DNA of 64,000 bases, from positions 1 to 64,000 of the IMG/VR virus record IMGVR_UViG_3300030099_006646. The stretch is one strand, 5' to 3'. This document shows, one piece after another, positions 1 to 8,465 of the stretch; position 1 is the stretch's first letter; each line of letters begins with the position of its first letter. A model generated the notes under the pieces. The model did no database searches. It was not told the DNA's origin and was given only the letters and a program-made list of their open reading frames with translations. The position numbers and the translations under genes were made by a program. This DNA is from a virus.

Positions 1-229
1 TATATATTTTATAAAGTTCTGGGTCTCTCTCGTTGCTTTCTTCTACGACCTCTTCGACTTCTTCTATGAAGTCCAAGGGGTTTTTCATTTTGTCTTTCTC
101 TATTTTTTCGGCATCTTTGTGAGACATAAAACTTATTTCTTTTGAAAAGTCCTCTTTAAACAATTGTTCGTAAATATCAAATAGCTCTTCTGACTCTTTC
201 AGCAAATGGTTTGAAAGCTTCATTTCCAT
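1..229 (-). CDS. Hypothetical acidic protein, partial (runs off the left edge)
   Basis: Hand translation of the minus strand from ATG at 229: MEMKLSNHLLKESEELFDIYEQLFKEDF...EESNERDPELYKIY with no stop before base 1; divergent from clpP. Confidence 0.65.
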   Translation of the reverse strand, partial: MEMKLSNHLLKESEELFDIYEQLFKEDFSKEISFMSHKDAEKIEKDKMKNPLDFIEEVEEVVEESNERDPELYKIY

Positions 230-260
230 TTTTATTTTCTTATTTAAGATTTCTTCGCTC

Positions 261-275
261 ATACTTATTAAGTAT
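261..275. promoter_or_regulatory. Palindrome ATACTTA-T-TAAGTAT in the divergent intergenic gap (TACTTA on both strands)
   Basis: Perfect 7-bp arms; resembles the TAnTTA core seen upstream of other genes; ATATTTA also lies at ~291-297. Confidence 0.4.
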
Positions 276-336
276 TCTTCTGTTTGTTATATATTTAAAG
301 ATAGAGGCACAAACACTTCAAAAGGAAATAAAAAAA

Positions 337-957
337 ATGAAAGATATATTTTGGCTATCAAAAGAACAAGAAAACAACATCTTTGATGATGCCCAGGGCT
401 CTAGCTCTTCTTCTTCCAAGAACAAACTGGAAGTGTTAAATAATAAAATTTACTTTTACTGCAATGTAAATCATAACAACAACCTTCACTTAAACAAAGA
501 ACTTAAGACACTTGAGTCAAAACTTTTAACCTCGCAAGAGTTACTAGAAACAGAGCTTCCTGCACCTATTCACCTACACATCAGTTCTTATGGAGGGTCA
601 GTCTTTGCAGGATTTTCTTCTATCGATTATATCCTTAAGTCTAAGGTGCCTGTAATAACGATTATTGATGGATGCGCTGCTTCTGCTGCCACAATGATGA
701 GTATCTGCGGAGCAACACGACTTATGCACGAACACGCATTTATGCTTATCCATCAGCTTTCTTCTGTATCTTGGGGAAAATATGAAGAACTTAAAGACTC
801 TATGCAAAACAATGACTTGCTTATGGAAACTATCAAGAACCTTTACATTGAAAGAACAAAGATTCCTAAAAAAGAACTTGAAGAAATGCTAAAAAGAGAT
901 TTATGGTGGGACGCTAAGACCTGCTTAAAGTACGGATTAATTGACGATATTATATGA
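337..957 (+). CDS. clpP: ClpP-like protease subunit (peptidase S14)
   Basis: ISSYGGSVFAG, GCAASAA (catalytic Ser), MLIHQ (His), RDLWWDAKTCLKYGLID; start moved from 211 to ATG 337 behind AAGGA. Confidence 0.88.
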   Translation: MKDIFWLSKEQENNIFDDAQGSSSSSSKNKLEVLNNKIYFYCNVNHNNNLHLNKELKTLESKLLTSQELLETELPAPIHLHISSYGGSVFAGFSSIDYILKSKVPVITIIDGCAASAATMMSICGATRLMHEHAFMLIHQLSSVSWGKYEELKDSMQNNDLLMETIKNLYIERTKIPKKELEEMLKRDLWWDAKTCLKYGLIDDII

Positions 958-1676
958 AAACTGTTTACATGTTCGATGTCGATGGAACCTTAACTCCACA
1001 CCGTCAAAGAATAAAACCTTATTTTAAAAAGTTTTTTTTGGAGTGGAGTAAGGATAAGATTTATTATCTTATAACTGGGAGCGATTTAAAAAAAATACAA
1101 TCCCAACTTCCTGAAAAAATTTTACACAACGCTAGAGGTGTGTTTACTTGCATGGGGAATGTTCTTTATATTAAAGAAGAAAAGATATATGAAAACAAGT
1201 TCAAACCTTCAAGCCGTCTACTAAATCATTTAAATAGATTTCTTAATAAAACTGGATACGTGCTAAGAACTGGAAACCACATCGAACATAGACCAGGAAT
1301 GATAAACTTTTCTATTGTTGGAAGAAATGCAACATATACACAGCGTGAAGGATATTATACTTACGACTGTAGAGTAAAAGAAAGAGAAACTATTGCCAAC
1401 TTTATCAATGAAAACTTTAAAGATGAACTGGAAGCATCAATAGGAGGCAAAATAAGCATAGATATATATCCTGCTGGTAGCGATAAAGGACAAGCTTTCC
1501 AGTGGATACATCACAAACAAGGACATGCAGGAGTTAGATATGTATTTTATGGTGATCAAGCAAAGCCAGAAGGAAACGATTGGGGAGTTGTGCAAGAAAT
1601 GAGAAAATTAAACGTAGAGCATTCATATAGATGTGTTAAGGGATATAAAGAGACTCTTTCGTTTCTAAAAAAATAA
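954..1676 (+). CDS. Eukaryote-type phosphomannomutase (HAD IIB, PMM/Sec53 family)
   Basis: FDVDGTLT, HIEHRPGMINFSIVGRNA, IGGKISIDIYP, FYGD..PEGND match PMM2/Sec53 motifs. Confidence 0.88.
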   Translation: MKTVYMFDVDGTLTPHRQRIKPYFKKFFLEWSKDKIYYLITGSDLKKIQSQLPEKILHNARGVFTCMGNVLYIKEEKIYENKFKPSSRLLNHLNRFLNKTGYVLRTGNHIEHRPGMINFSIVGRNATYTQREGYYTYDCRVKERETIANFINENFKDELEASIGGKISIDIYPAGSDKGQAFQWIHHKQGHAGVRYVFYGDQAKPEGNDWGVVQEMRKLNVEHSYRCVKGYKETLSFLKK

Positions 1677-1680
1677 ACAA

Positions 1681-2502
1681 TTATCTTATTTGTATATCTA
1701 AAAGATGATCCTGATCTGTTTTCTCGATACTGGTCTTCTCTGTGCCATCAACTTCTAGAGAAACTCCATCTGGTACATGATATGGAGTATGTTTGTAAAT
1801 GTAGTTTATAAGCTCCGTATGTGTAGGTCCAAAAGATAAGTGGTGGAACCTTCTATGGACAGAGTGAATCATTCCAACCAATTTTCCTCTTTCGTTAAAT
1901 AAAGGAGAACCAGAAGAGCCTCCAATTACAGGCACTGTGTATAGCGAAAACCCCCACTTGTGCCCAGAGTATCTTCCTTCTAACACAGGAACTGTTTTAA
2001 TATTAAACATCCCTACAGGAGCCGCAACATTGTAAATTAAGTCACCCCAGATAGGAGCATCGTTTCTTTCAATCTTTACAGGTGATTTTTTTAAACTGTC
2101 TGAATATAGAATACATGTATCTAGCTTAGAGTTGAAATTTATTGTTTTTGTATCGTGTTTAACTCCATTAATATCAATAATGTAAGTTGTTTGTTTGACC
2201 TTTGCCTCGCCACCTAGATCATTTAAAATGACACCTGGATCGCAGCTATGCCCAGTCGTTAAGATATAAGACCCATGTTCATAAACCCTAACCACAGATC
2301 CACTTGATGTAGCTCCAAGTTGAAACTTCATGCAAGTTTTATTGACGCATTTTACCACATCATATTTTGCTACTACCTTTACAAAAGAATCCATCGGTAG
2401 CTTATGTTTTAAGTTAAAATGTCCATTTAATGTCCCGCCACAAGATACTAGAAACATTAAAGAAAACAACAATATAAAAGACTGAACAAACTTCATAGTC
2501 AA
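1681..2502 (-). CDS. Trypsin-like serine protease with lipoprotein signal peptide
   Basis: TTGHSC (His), KLDTC (Asp), GGSSGSPLF (Ser); hydrophobic N-terminus ending LVSC (lipobox-like); AGGAG RBS; start TTG 2502 or ATG 2496. Confidence 0.85.
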   Translation of the reverse strand: MTMKFVQSFILLFSLMFLVSCGGTLNGHFNLKHKLPMDSFVKVVAKYDVVKCVNKTCMKFQLGATSSGSVVRVYEHGSYILTTGHSCDPGVILNDLGGEAKVKQTTYIIDINGVKHDTKTINFNSKLDTCILYSDSLKKSPVKIERNDAPIWGDLIYNVAAPVGMFNIKTVPVLEGRYSGHKWGFSLYTVPVIGGSSGSPLFNERGKLVGMIHSVHRRFHHLSFGPTHTELINYIYKHTPYHVPDGVSLEVDGTEKTSIEKTDQDHLLDIQIR

Positions 2503-2507
2503 TTTTC

Positions 2508-2559
2508 TCCTTGTAAAAATAACTAGAACTGTTTTTGTTTTCTATTTATTTTACAAGGA
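2508..2559. promoter_or_regulatory. Inverted repeat forming back-to-back promoter/RBS units for the protease and PhoH genes
   Basis: Minus strand reads TTCTAGTTATTTTTACAAGGA (2528-2508); plus strand reads TTCTATTTATTTTACAAGGA (2540-2559). Confidence 0.7.
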
Positions 2560-2565
2560 ATATCC

Positions 2566-3888
2566 ATGAAAAAAACATATGTCTTTGATACGAGCGCTAT
2601 TTTAGCTGACTATAAATGTATCTATGAATATAAGAAAAATGATATTGTTATTCCTTTCAAAGTCTTAGAAGAAATCGACGCTCAAAAGAAACGTCAAGAC
2701 GGCGTAGGTTTTAATGCTAGGATGATTATTCGCGAGCTTGATTTACTCAGAGAAAAAGGAAATATTTATCGAGGAGTGAGAATAGAAAAAGGTAAAGGTC
2801 TGCTTTCTATTAGAGGTTATGATAAAAACCTCCTACCAGATGAATACAAGTTATCTAATGCCGATAATGAAATCATAGGCACCGCAATAACTGAACGGAA
2901 AAGAAACTTTGATAAGAAAGTCATCATGGTGACAAAAGACATCCACATGAGAGTTAAGTGTGACACCCTAGAGCTTCCATGTGAAGATTATGATAAAGAT
3001 AAAATACACGATAACGATGAATCATATTCCGGCATAACTGAACATGAAGTAGATGATTTACTAGTAGATTATATTTACGAAGGACGTGAAATATTTTTAG
3101 ATCAAAAAGAAATAAAAGCACACCCCAATCAGTGCATACTCTTTAAGTCAACTCAAAATCCTAAAAAATCAGCCTTGGCAAGATTTTTAAGTTATGATGA
3201 ACCTGTAAAGAAAGTTGCTCAAAACAAAAGAGGAATATGGGGAGTAAAGCCTAAAAATAAAGAACAGGTATTTGCCTCTAATCTTTTAATGGATGAAAGT
3301 ATTCCTATCGTATCCTTAGTAGGACCAGCAGGTTCGGGCAAAACACTTTTGGCAATTGCGGCTGGTTTAGAACAGACTTTAGGAACAGGTCTTTACAATA
3401 AGCTAGTTATATCTCGCCCAGTCCAGCCAGTAGGTAAAGATATTGGCTACTTACCTGGCAGCGTAGAAGAAAAGATGAATCCCTGGCTCGCGCCGATTAG
3501 AGATAACTTGGAATTTTTAATGTCCTATTCTTATTCGAAAAGAGACAACTATGAGACACTAGATACCTATATTGAATCTGGCGTAATTGAAGTAGAAGCT
3601 TTAACATACATCAGAGGTCGTTCCATAGCTAACGCTTATATTATTATTGATGAATCTCAAAACTTAACAGCGCATGAATTAAAGACTATAATAACTCGTG
3701 TAGGAGAAAATACAAAAATTATCTTAACAGGAGACGTTGAACAGATAGATAATCTCTATGTTGATCAACAATCAAATGGTCTATCCTATGCGATAGAAAA
3801 GTTTAAAGAACACGACTTAGCAGCGCATCTTACTCTTGTAAAAGGTGAAAGAAGCAAGGTTGCTACGTTAGCATCAAAAATATTATAG
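2566..3888 (+). CDS. phoH: PIN domain-PhoH ATPase (PhoH2/YlaK type)
   Basis: N-terminal PIN (VFDTS, VLEEID, ADNEII, VTKD); GPAGSGKT, ISRP, IGYLPG, YIRGRS, IIDESQN, GDVEQID. Confidence 0.93.
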   Translation: MKKTYVFDTSAILADYKCIYEYKKNDIVIPFKVLEEIDAQKKRQDGVGFNARMIIRELDLLREKGNIYRGVRIEKGKGLLSIRGYDKNLLPDEYKLSNADNEIIGTAITERKRNFDKKVIMVTKDIHMRVKCDTLELPCEDYDKDKIHDNDESYSGITEHEVDDLLVDYIYEGREIFLDQKEIKAHPNQCILFKSTQNPKKSALARFLSYDEPVKKVAQNKRGIWGVKPKNKEQVFASNLLMDESIPIVSLVGPAGSGKTLLAIAAGLEQTLGTGLYNKLVISRPVQPVGKDIGYLPGSVEEKMNPWLAPIRDNLEFLMSYSYSKRDNYETLDTYIESGVIEVEALTYIRGRSIANAYIIIDESQNLTAHELKTIITRVGENTKIILTGDVEQIDNLYVDQQSNGLSYAIEKFKEHDLAAHLTLVKGERSKVATLASKIL

Positions 3889-3897
3889 GAGAAAAAA

Positions 3898-4170
3898 ATG
3901 GAAACTGAGAATCCACTAGAAGAAGTTGTTGAGCCTGACAATGATTTAAAAAACATGCTTGTTGAATATGTGGGAGAAAAAAACGACCCAGAAGACCAAC
4001 TTGTCACAGTAGAGATGATTGTAGGTACTTTGGCTGATGAATTCCCAGAGCTTGTGCTAGCTGTTGCGGAGGAAAATTGGGAACGTGGTTATCACCAAGC
4101 CTTAGATGATGTAGAACTTGGAGAGAAGCTTTTTAAAGAAGAGTTAGAAAAAAGAAAAAATGAAGAATAA
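3898..4170 (+). CDS. Hypothetical acidic protein
   Basis: AGGAG RBS, operon context, no recognised motif. Confidence 0.75.
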   Translation: METENPLEEVVEPDNDLKNMLVEYVGEKNDPEDQLVTVEMIVGTLADEFPELVLAVAEENWERGYHQALDDVELGEKLFKEELEKRKNEE

Positions 4171-4840
4171 GATAAAAGATATTATCATTAGTTCATACAA
4201 CAAAGCCCTTAGAGAGAGAAAAGAATTTTATTTAAATGGTGCATTGATACAAATAATCAATCCATTGAATAAATCTATAGATCTTGAGCGAATAGTACAT
4301 TTTCTACAAAGCAAAATACCAGATCAAATACTAAACTTAATCGATGTTTACTACATTGGTGATTTTGATGTATTTAAAAAAAGAAATACAAATGCCGCTT
4401 ATATGGATGGAGCAATATATCTAAGTAACAATCAGGATGGTGAAAGAGATCTTTTAGATGATATTATTCACGAACTAGGTCACGCTTTAATAGAAAAAGA
4501 TCATATTAATATTTTTGGAGATGGGTTAGTTAAGCAAGAATTTTTATCTAAAAAACAAACACTAAAAAGGATTTTAAGATCGAAAGGTTATGATATACCA
4601 AAATCATTCAATACGGTGGGCTTTTCACAAGATGTGGACGACTTTTTGTACAAAGAAGTAGGATATAAAACATTAGCAAATCTAATAAATGGCTTGTTTG
4701 TTAGCCCTTATGCTACAACATCCTTGGAAGAATATTTTTCTACAGGGCTAGAAGATTATTATCTTGGTAAATCCTTGTTATTAAAAAGTATTTCTCCTCA
4801 ACTATATAATAAAATGGAGCTTTATGATGAACTGGACTGA
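4160..4840 (+). CDS. Putative zincin metallopeptidase
   Basis: IIHELGHAL (HEXXH) and a distal YATTSLEEYF third-ligand-like motif. Confidence 0.6.
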   Translation: MKNKIKDIIISSYNKALRERKEFYLNGALIQIINPLNKSIDLERIVHFLQSKIPDQILNLIDVYYIGDFDVFKKRNTNAAYMDGAIYLSNNQDGERDLLDDIIHELGHALIEKDHINIFGDGLVKQEFLSKKQTLKRILRSKGYDIPKSFNTVGFSQDVDDFLYKEVGYKTLANLINGLFVSPYATTSLEEYFSTGLEDYYLGKSLLLKSISPQLYNKMELYDELD

Positions 4841-5159
4841 ACAGACAGATATTAATATAACAAAAGAAGACAACAGGCTGAATGTAACTTTGACTGTTAA
4901 CCACATTCATGGTAAAAGAAATTTTCAAGAAAAAACATATGAAACAGATTTTATTGTTTCTTATTTAAAAGAAAACAATATTAAGTTTAGTGAAATATTA
5001 CAAGAAACAGTAGTTTATAACTATCAAACAAAAAACAGGTGTACTGGAACTTGGATTTTTTCTTTACCAAAAACAACTAAAGTAAAAAAAACAACACAAG
5101 CCCTTGAAAATAAAGAAAATGTGCTTAAAGTGAGTAGTAAGAAAACCACTAAAAAGTAA
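4824..5159 (+). CDS. Hypothetical protein with Lys/Thr-rich tail
   Basis: GGAG RBS, overlaps the upstream gene. Confidence 0.65.
   Translation: MMNWTEQTDINITKEDNRLNVTLTVNHIHGKRNFQEKTYETDFIVSYLKENNIKFSEILQETVVYNYQTKNRCTGTWIFSLPKTTKVKKTTQALENKENVLKVSSKKTTKK
5104..5131 (+). promoter_or_regulatory. Possible sigma70-type promoter upstream of the nuclease gene
   Basis: TTGAAA-16 nt-TAAAGT, ~30 nt before ATG 5164; CCCTTGA.AA context shared with 21571. Confidence 0.35.
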
Positions 5160-5163
5160 TATT

Positions 5164-5940
5164 ATGCCACATATATCATTTTCTGAGCTTGTTACATGGA
5201 ACGAGTGTCCCCACAAGCACAAGCTTAAGTATGTCGAAAAAGTTCATAAGTTCTTCGGCAACGAGTTTACTGCATTTGGAACTTCTATTCACAATGTTTG
5301 TGAAGATGTTCTTCTTGACGAGACCGTTGATATGAAGAGGATCTTCTTAGAATCTATGGACAAAGAAGCAAAGTCCTTAAAACGTAAAGGTGTTCAGATT
5401 GATGAAAAGTTTTGGGGTGATCTGAAACAACAAGGAGTTCAGCTTACTAATCATATTCTACCAGCGGTTAAGAATTACTTTGGCTCCTATGAAGTTGTTT
5501 CTACCGAAGAAAAGATTCTAGAACCATCTCTGGTAGATGATGACTATGATTTTAAAGGATTTATTGACTTAGTTGTTAAAACTGACGATGGAAAATATCA
5601 TATTATTGATTGGAAATCTTGTTCATGGGGCTGGGACTTAAAGAAAAAAACTGATCCTATGGTAACTTATCAGTTAACTCTTTACAAATACTATTTTGCT
5701 CTAAAGCACGATATTGACCCAAAGATGATTGAGACACACTTTGCATTGTTAAAGCGCACGGCAAAAGACAATAACGTTGAAATTTTTCGTGTAACTTCAG
5801 GTCCAAGAAAAACGAGAAATGTCTTAACATTACTTGAAAAAGCAATCTACAATATAAAAGCTAAAACCCGCTTTAAAAATCGTTTATCGTGTCAAAACGG
5901 CAAATGCGAGTTTTACAACACAGAACACTGCAAACGATAA
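5164..5940 (+). CDS. PD-(D/E)XK exonuclease, Cas4/RecB-like
   Basis: ISFSEL..ECP, FGTSIH, KGFIDLV, IIDWKS, YQLTLY, C-terminal CQNGKC..C cluster. Confidence 0.88.
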   Translation: MPHISFSELVTWNECPHKHKLKYVEKVHKFFGNEFTAFGTSIHNVCEDVLLDETVDMKRIFLESMDKEAKSLKRKGVQIDEKFWGDLKQQGVQLTNHILPAVKNYFGSYEVVSTEEKILEPSLVDDDYDFKGFIDLVVKTDDGKYHIIDWKSCSWGWDLKKKTDPMVTYQLTLYKYYFALKHDIDPKMIETHFALLKRTAKDNNVEIFRVTSGPRKTRNVLTLLEKAIYNIKAKTRFKNRLSCQNGKCEFYNTEHCKR

Positions 5941-5950
5941 GAGGTATACT

Positions 5951-7210
5951 TTGACTGAAAAAATGAAGATTATAACTATTTCCGATAGCCCGATGGCTCC
6001 ATCAGGTGTTGGAACACAAACAAACTATATGATACAAAGTTTATTAAAGACTGGTAAATATCAATTTATTTCTATAGCTGGAGCCATTAAACATACGAAT
6101 TACAATCCTATCAAAACAGAAGAGTGGGGAGACGACTGGGTTGTCCTTCCAGTAGATGGTTATGGAACTCAAGAGCAAATTAGATCTATGGTCCGAAATG
6201 AAAAACCAGATGCTCTTTGGTTCATGACTGATCCCCGATTTTTCGGGTGGTTGTGGGAAATAGAAGATGAAATAAGACCTCTTTGTCCTATGATTTATTA
6301 TCATGTGTGGGACAATTACCCATACCCAAGATACAATGAGCCTCTTTATTCTTCTACTGATGTGATTGCTACAATTTCAAAAGTGACAGACAATGTAGTT
6401 AGAAACGTCGCTCCTGAAGTAGAGTGTATTCACATTCCTCATGCAGTGCCTGATGAAATTTTTATGCCCTTGGAAGAAGATGTTATTAATGCCTTGCGAA
6501 AAGATAATCTTGGTGATGAGAAAGATAAATTTATTGTTTTTTGGAACAATCGCAATGCTAGAAGAAAACAATCTGGTACTTTGATTTATTGGTGGAAGAA
6601 GTTCTTGGACAAAGTTGGATATGATAAAGCGAAACTTATCATGCATACAGATGTTCATGATCCATATGGTCAGAATCTACAATCTATTATTGAATCTTTA
6701 GGCTTGACCAATGGCGAAGTTGTATTTTCACAAAACAAAATTGGATTGCAAGACATGGCATCTTTTTATAATATGGCAGATTTGACTGTCAACATTGCCG
6801 ACGCCGAAGGATTTGGACTTGGAACACTTGAATCTCTTTCATGTGGAACGCCCATTATTGTTACAATGACAGGAGGTCTTCAAGAACAAGTTACAGATGG
6901 AGAGAACTGGTTTGGCGTTGGGATTGAACCTTCTTCTAAAGCTGTTATTGGTTCTCAAGAAATACCATATATCTATGAAGATAGAATCAATGAGGATGAT
7001 TTTGTAAACGCACTTGAGAAAATTTATAATATGACTCCAACAGAACGTAAAGAGCTAGGTGCAAAAGGCAGACAACACGTATTAAATAACTACAGCTTTG
7101 AACTTTACGGTCAACGTTGGGATGATCTTTTTCAGAAGGTCCAAAAGGACTATGGTTCCTGGGATACAAGAAAAAACTATAAAAACTGGCACTTGAAGGA
7201 GGTCAAATAA
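5951..7210 (+). CDS. Glycosyltransferase, GT-B (GT4-like)
   Basis: SDSP..PSGVG, NNRNARRK, YNMAD, AEGFGLGTLESLSCGTP; TTG start after GAGG. Confidence 0.9.
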   Translation: MTEKMKIITISDSPMAPSGVGTQTNYMIQSLLKTGKYQFISIAGAIKHTNYNPIKTEEWGDDWVVLPVDGYGTQEQIRSMVRNEKPDALWFMTDPRFFGWLWEIEDEIRPLCPMIYYHVWDNYPYPRYNEPLYSSTDVIATISKVTDNVVRNVAPEVECIHIPHAVPDEIFMPLEEDVINALRKDNLGDEKDKFIVFWNNRNARRKQSGTLIYWWKKFLDKVGYDKAKLIMHTDVHDPYGQNLQSIIESLGLTNGEVVFSQNKIGLQDMASFYNMADLTVNIADAEGFGLGTLESLSCGTPIIVTMTGGLQEQVTDGENWFGVGIEPSSKAVIGSQEIPYIYEDRINEDDFVNALEKIYNMTPTERKELGAKGRQHVLNNYSFELYGQRWDDLFQKVQKDYGSWDTRKNYKNWHLKEVK

Positions 7211-8457
7211 TGAGAAAGAAGATTATTGTTACAGGTCCAGCTTTGTCTCAATCAGGCTACGGCGAACATACTAGATTTTTACTTAGAGCTTTAAAGAGCA
7301 GAGAGGATGTTTTTGATATCTACCTTCACAATGTAAATTGGGGTAAAACAAACTGGCTTTTTCATGACGATGACGAACGTCGATGGTTTGATTTTATTCT
7401 TCAAAAGACTGTTTTTCATACTCAAAAAGGTGGCAAATTTGATATTTCTGCTCAAGTAACAATTCCGAATGAATGGAAACCTCTAGCTCCAATCAATATC
7501 GGAGTTACTGCTGGTATTGAGACGACAAAGGTATCCCCTCAATGGATTGAAAAGTCATGGTTAGTAAATAAAATTATTACTATATCTGAACACTCAAAGC
7601 AGGTGTATGAAAGCACTTCATATCAAGCGTCGAACAATCAAACAGGAGAACAATTTATTGCTTCTTGCAAAGCACCTATCGACATTGTGCATTATCCCGT
7701 CAAGCAACCTGAATTACTTGATTTAGATATTGATTTTGAATATGATTTCAATTTTTTGACTGTAGCACAATGGGGTCCAAGAAAAAATCTTGACAATACT
7801 GTTAAATGGTTTTTGGATGAGTTTAAGAATAAAGAAGTTGGATTGATTATTAAGACAAGCGTCGCAAAGAATTGTCTTCTTGACAGAAGAATGACATTTA
7901 ATAATCTTAGGCGATTAATCGATAATGATGAAAATAGAAAATGCAAAGTCTATCTTTTACATGGATATATGTCAGATCAAGAAATCAACTCACTTTACAA
8001 TCATTCAAAAGTGAAGTGTCTTTTAAGTGCCACTCATGGCGAAGGCTTTGGTCTTCCTATCTTTGAAGCTGCTTATAATGGCTTGCCAATCATTGCGCCA
8101 TCTTGGTCTGGGCATGTGGATTTTCTTTATATGCCGAAGAAAGACAAGAACGGCAAGATTAAAAACAAGGCAATGTTCTCAAAAGTAGATTATAACTTGT
8201 CTCCTATTCCAGAACCAGTAGTTTGGGATGGGGTTCTTCAAGCAGACTCTATGTGGTGTGAACCTAAAGAAGCTTCCTTTAAACTTAAGATGAAAGACAT
8301 GGTTGATAACTGGAAGAGGCATAGCAAAAGAGCAAAAGATCTTCAAGCTTATGTTTTGGAAAACTTTAATGAAGAAAAACAGTACAAGGCGTTCACAGAT
8401 AGTATTCTATCTCTAATCGAATCACCCCAAGAAGATGAGCTTGTTGAGTTTGATTAA
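7210..8457 (+). CDS. Glycosyltransferase, GT-B (GT4-like)
   Basis: SQSGYGEH, PRKNL, HGEGFGLPIFEAAYNGLPII. Confidence 0.9.
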   Translation: MRKKIIVTGPALSQSGYGEHTRFLLRALKSREDVFDIYLHNVNWGKTNWLFHDDDERRWFDFILQKTVFHTQKGGKFDISAQVTIPNEWKPLAPINIGVTAGIETTKVSPQWIEKSWLVNKIITISEHSKQVYESTSYQASNNQTGEQFIASCKAPIDIVHYPVKQPELLDLDIDFEYDFNFLTVAQWGPRKNLDNTVKWFLDEFKNKEVGLIIKTSVAKNCLLDRRMTFNNLRRLIDNDENRKCKVYLLHGYMSDQEINSLYNHSKVKCLLSATHGEGFGLPIFEAAYNGLPIIAPSWSGHVDFLYMPKKDKNGKIKNKAMFSKVDYNLSPIPEPVVWDGVLQADSMWCEPKEASFKLKMKDMVDNWKRHSKRAKDLQAYVLENFNEEKQYKAFTDSILSLIESPQEDELVEFD

Positions 8458-8465
8458 GGAGACTT

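Noticed and set aside
211-336. N-terminal extension of the ClpP ORF in the track
   Set aside because: Overlaps the divergent gene start and regulatory gap; ATG 337 has an RBS and gives a normal ClpP length
5164-5940. CRISPR-Cas system
   Set aside because: Cas4-like gene only; no repeat-spacer array or other cas genes seen
5951-5956. TTG starts reading TTGAC(T/A) (2502, 5951, 26778) as -35 boxes
   Set aside because: No correctly spaced -10 element at 5951 or 26778; a Leu-Thr codon pair explains the hexamer
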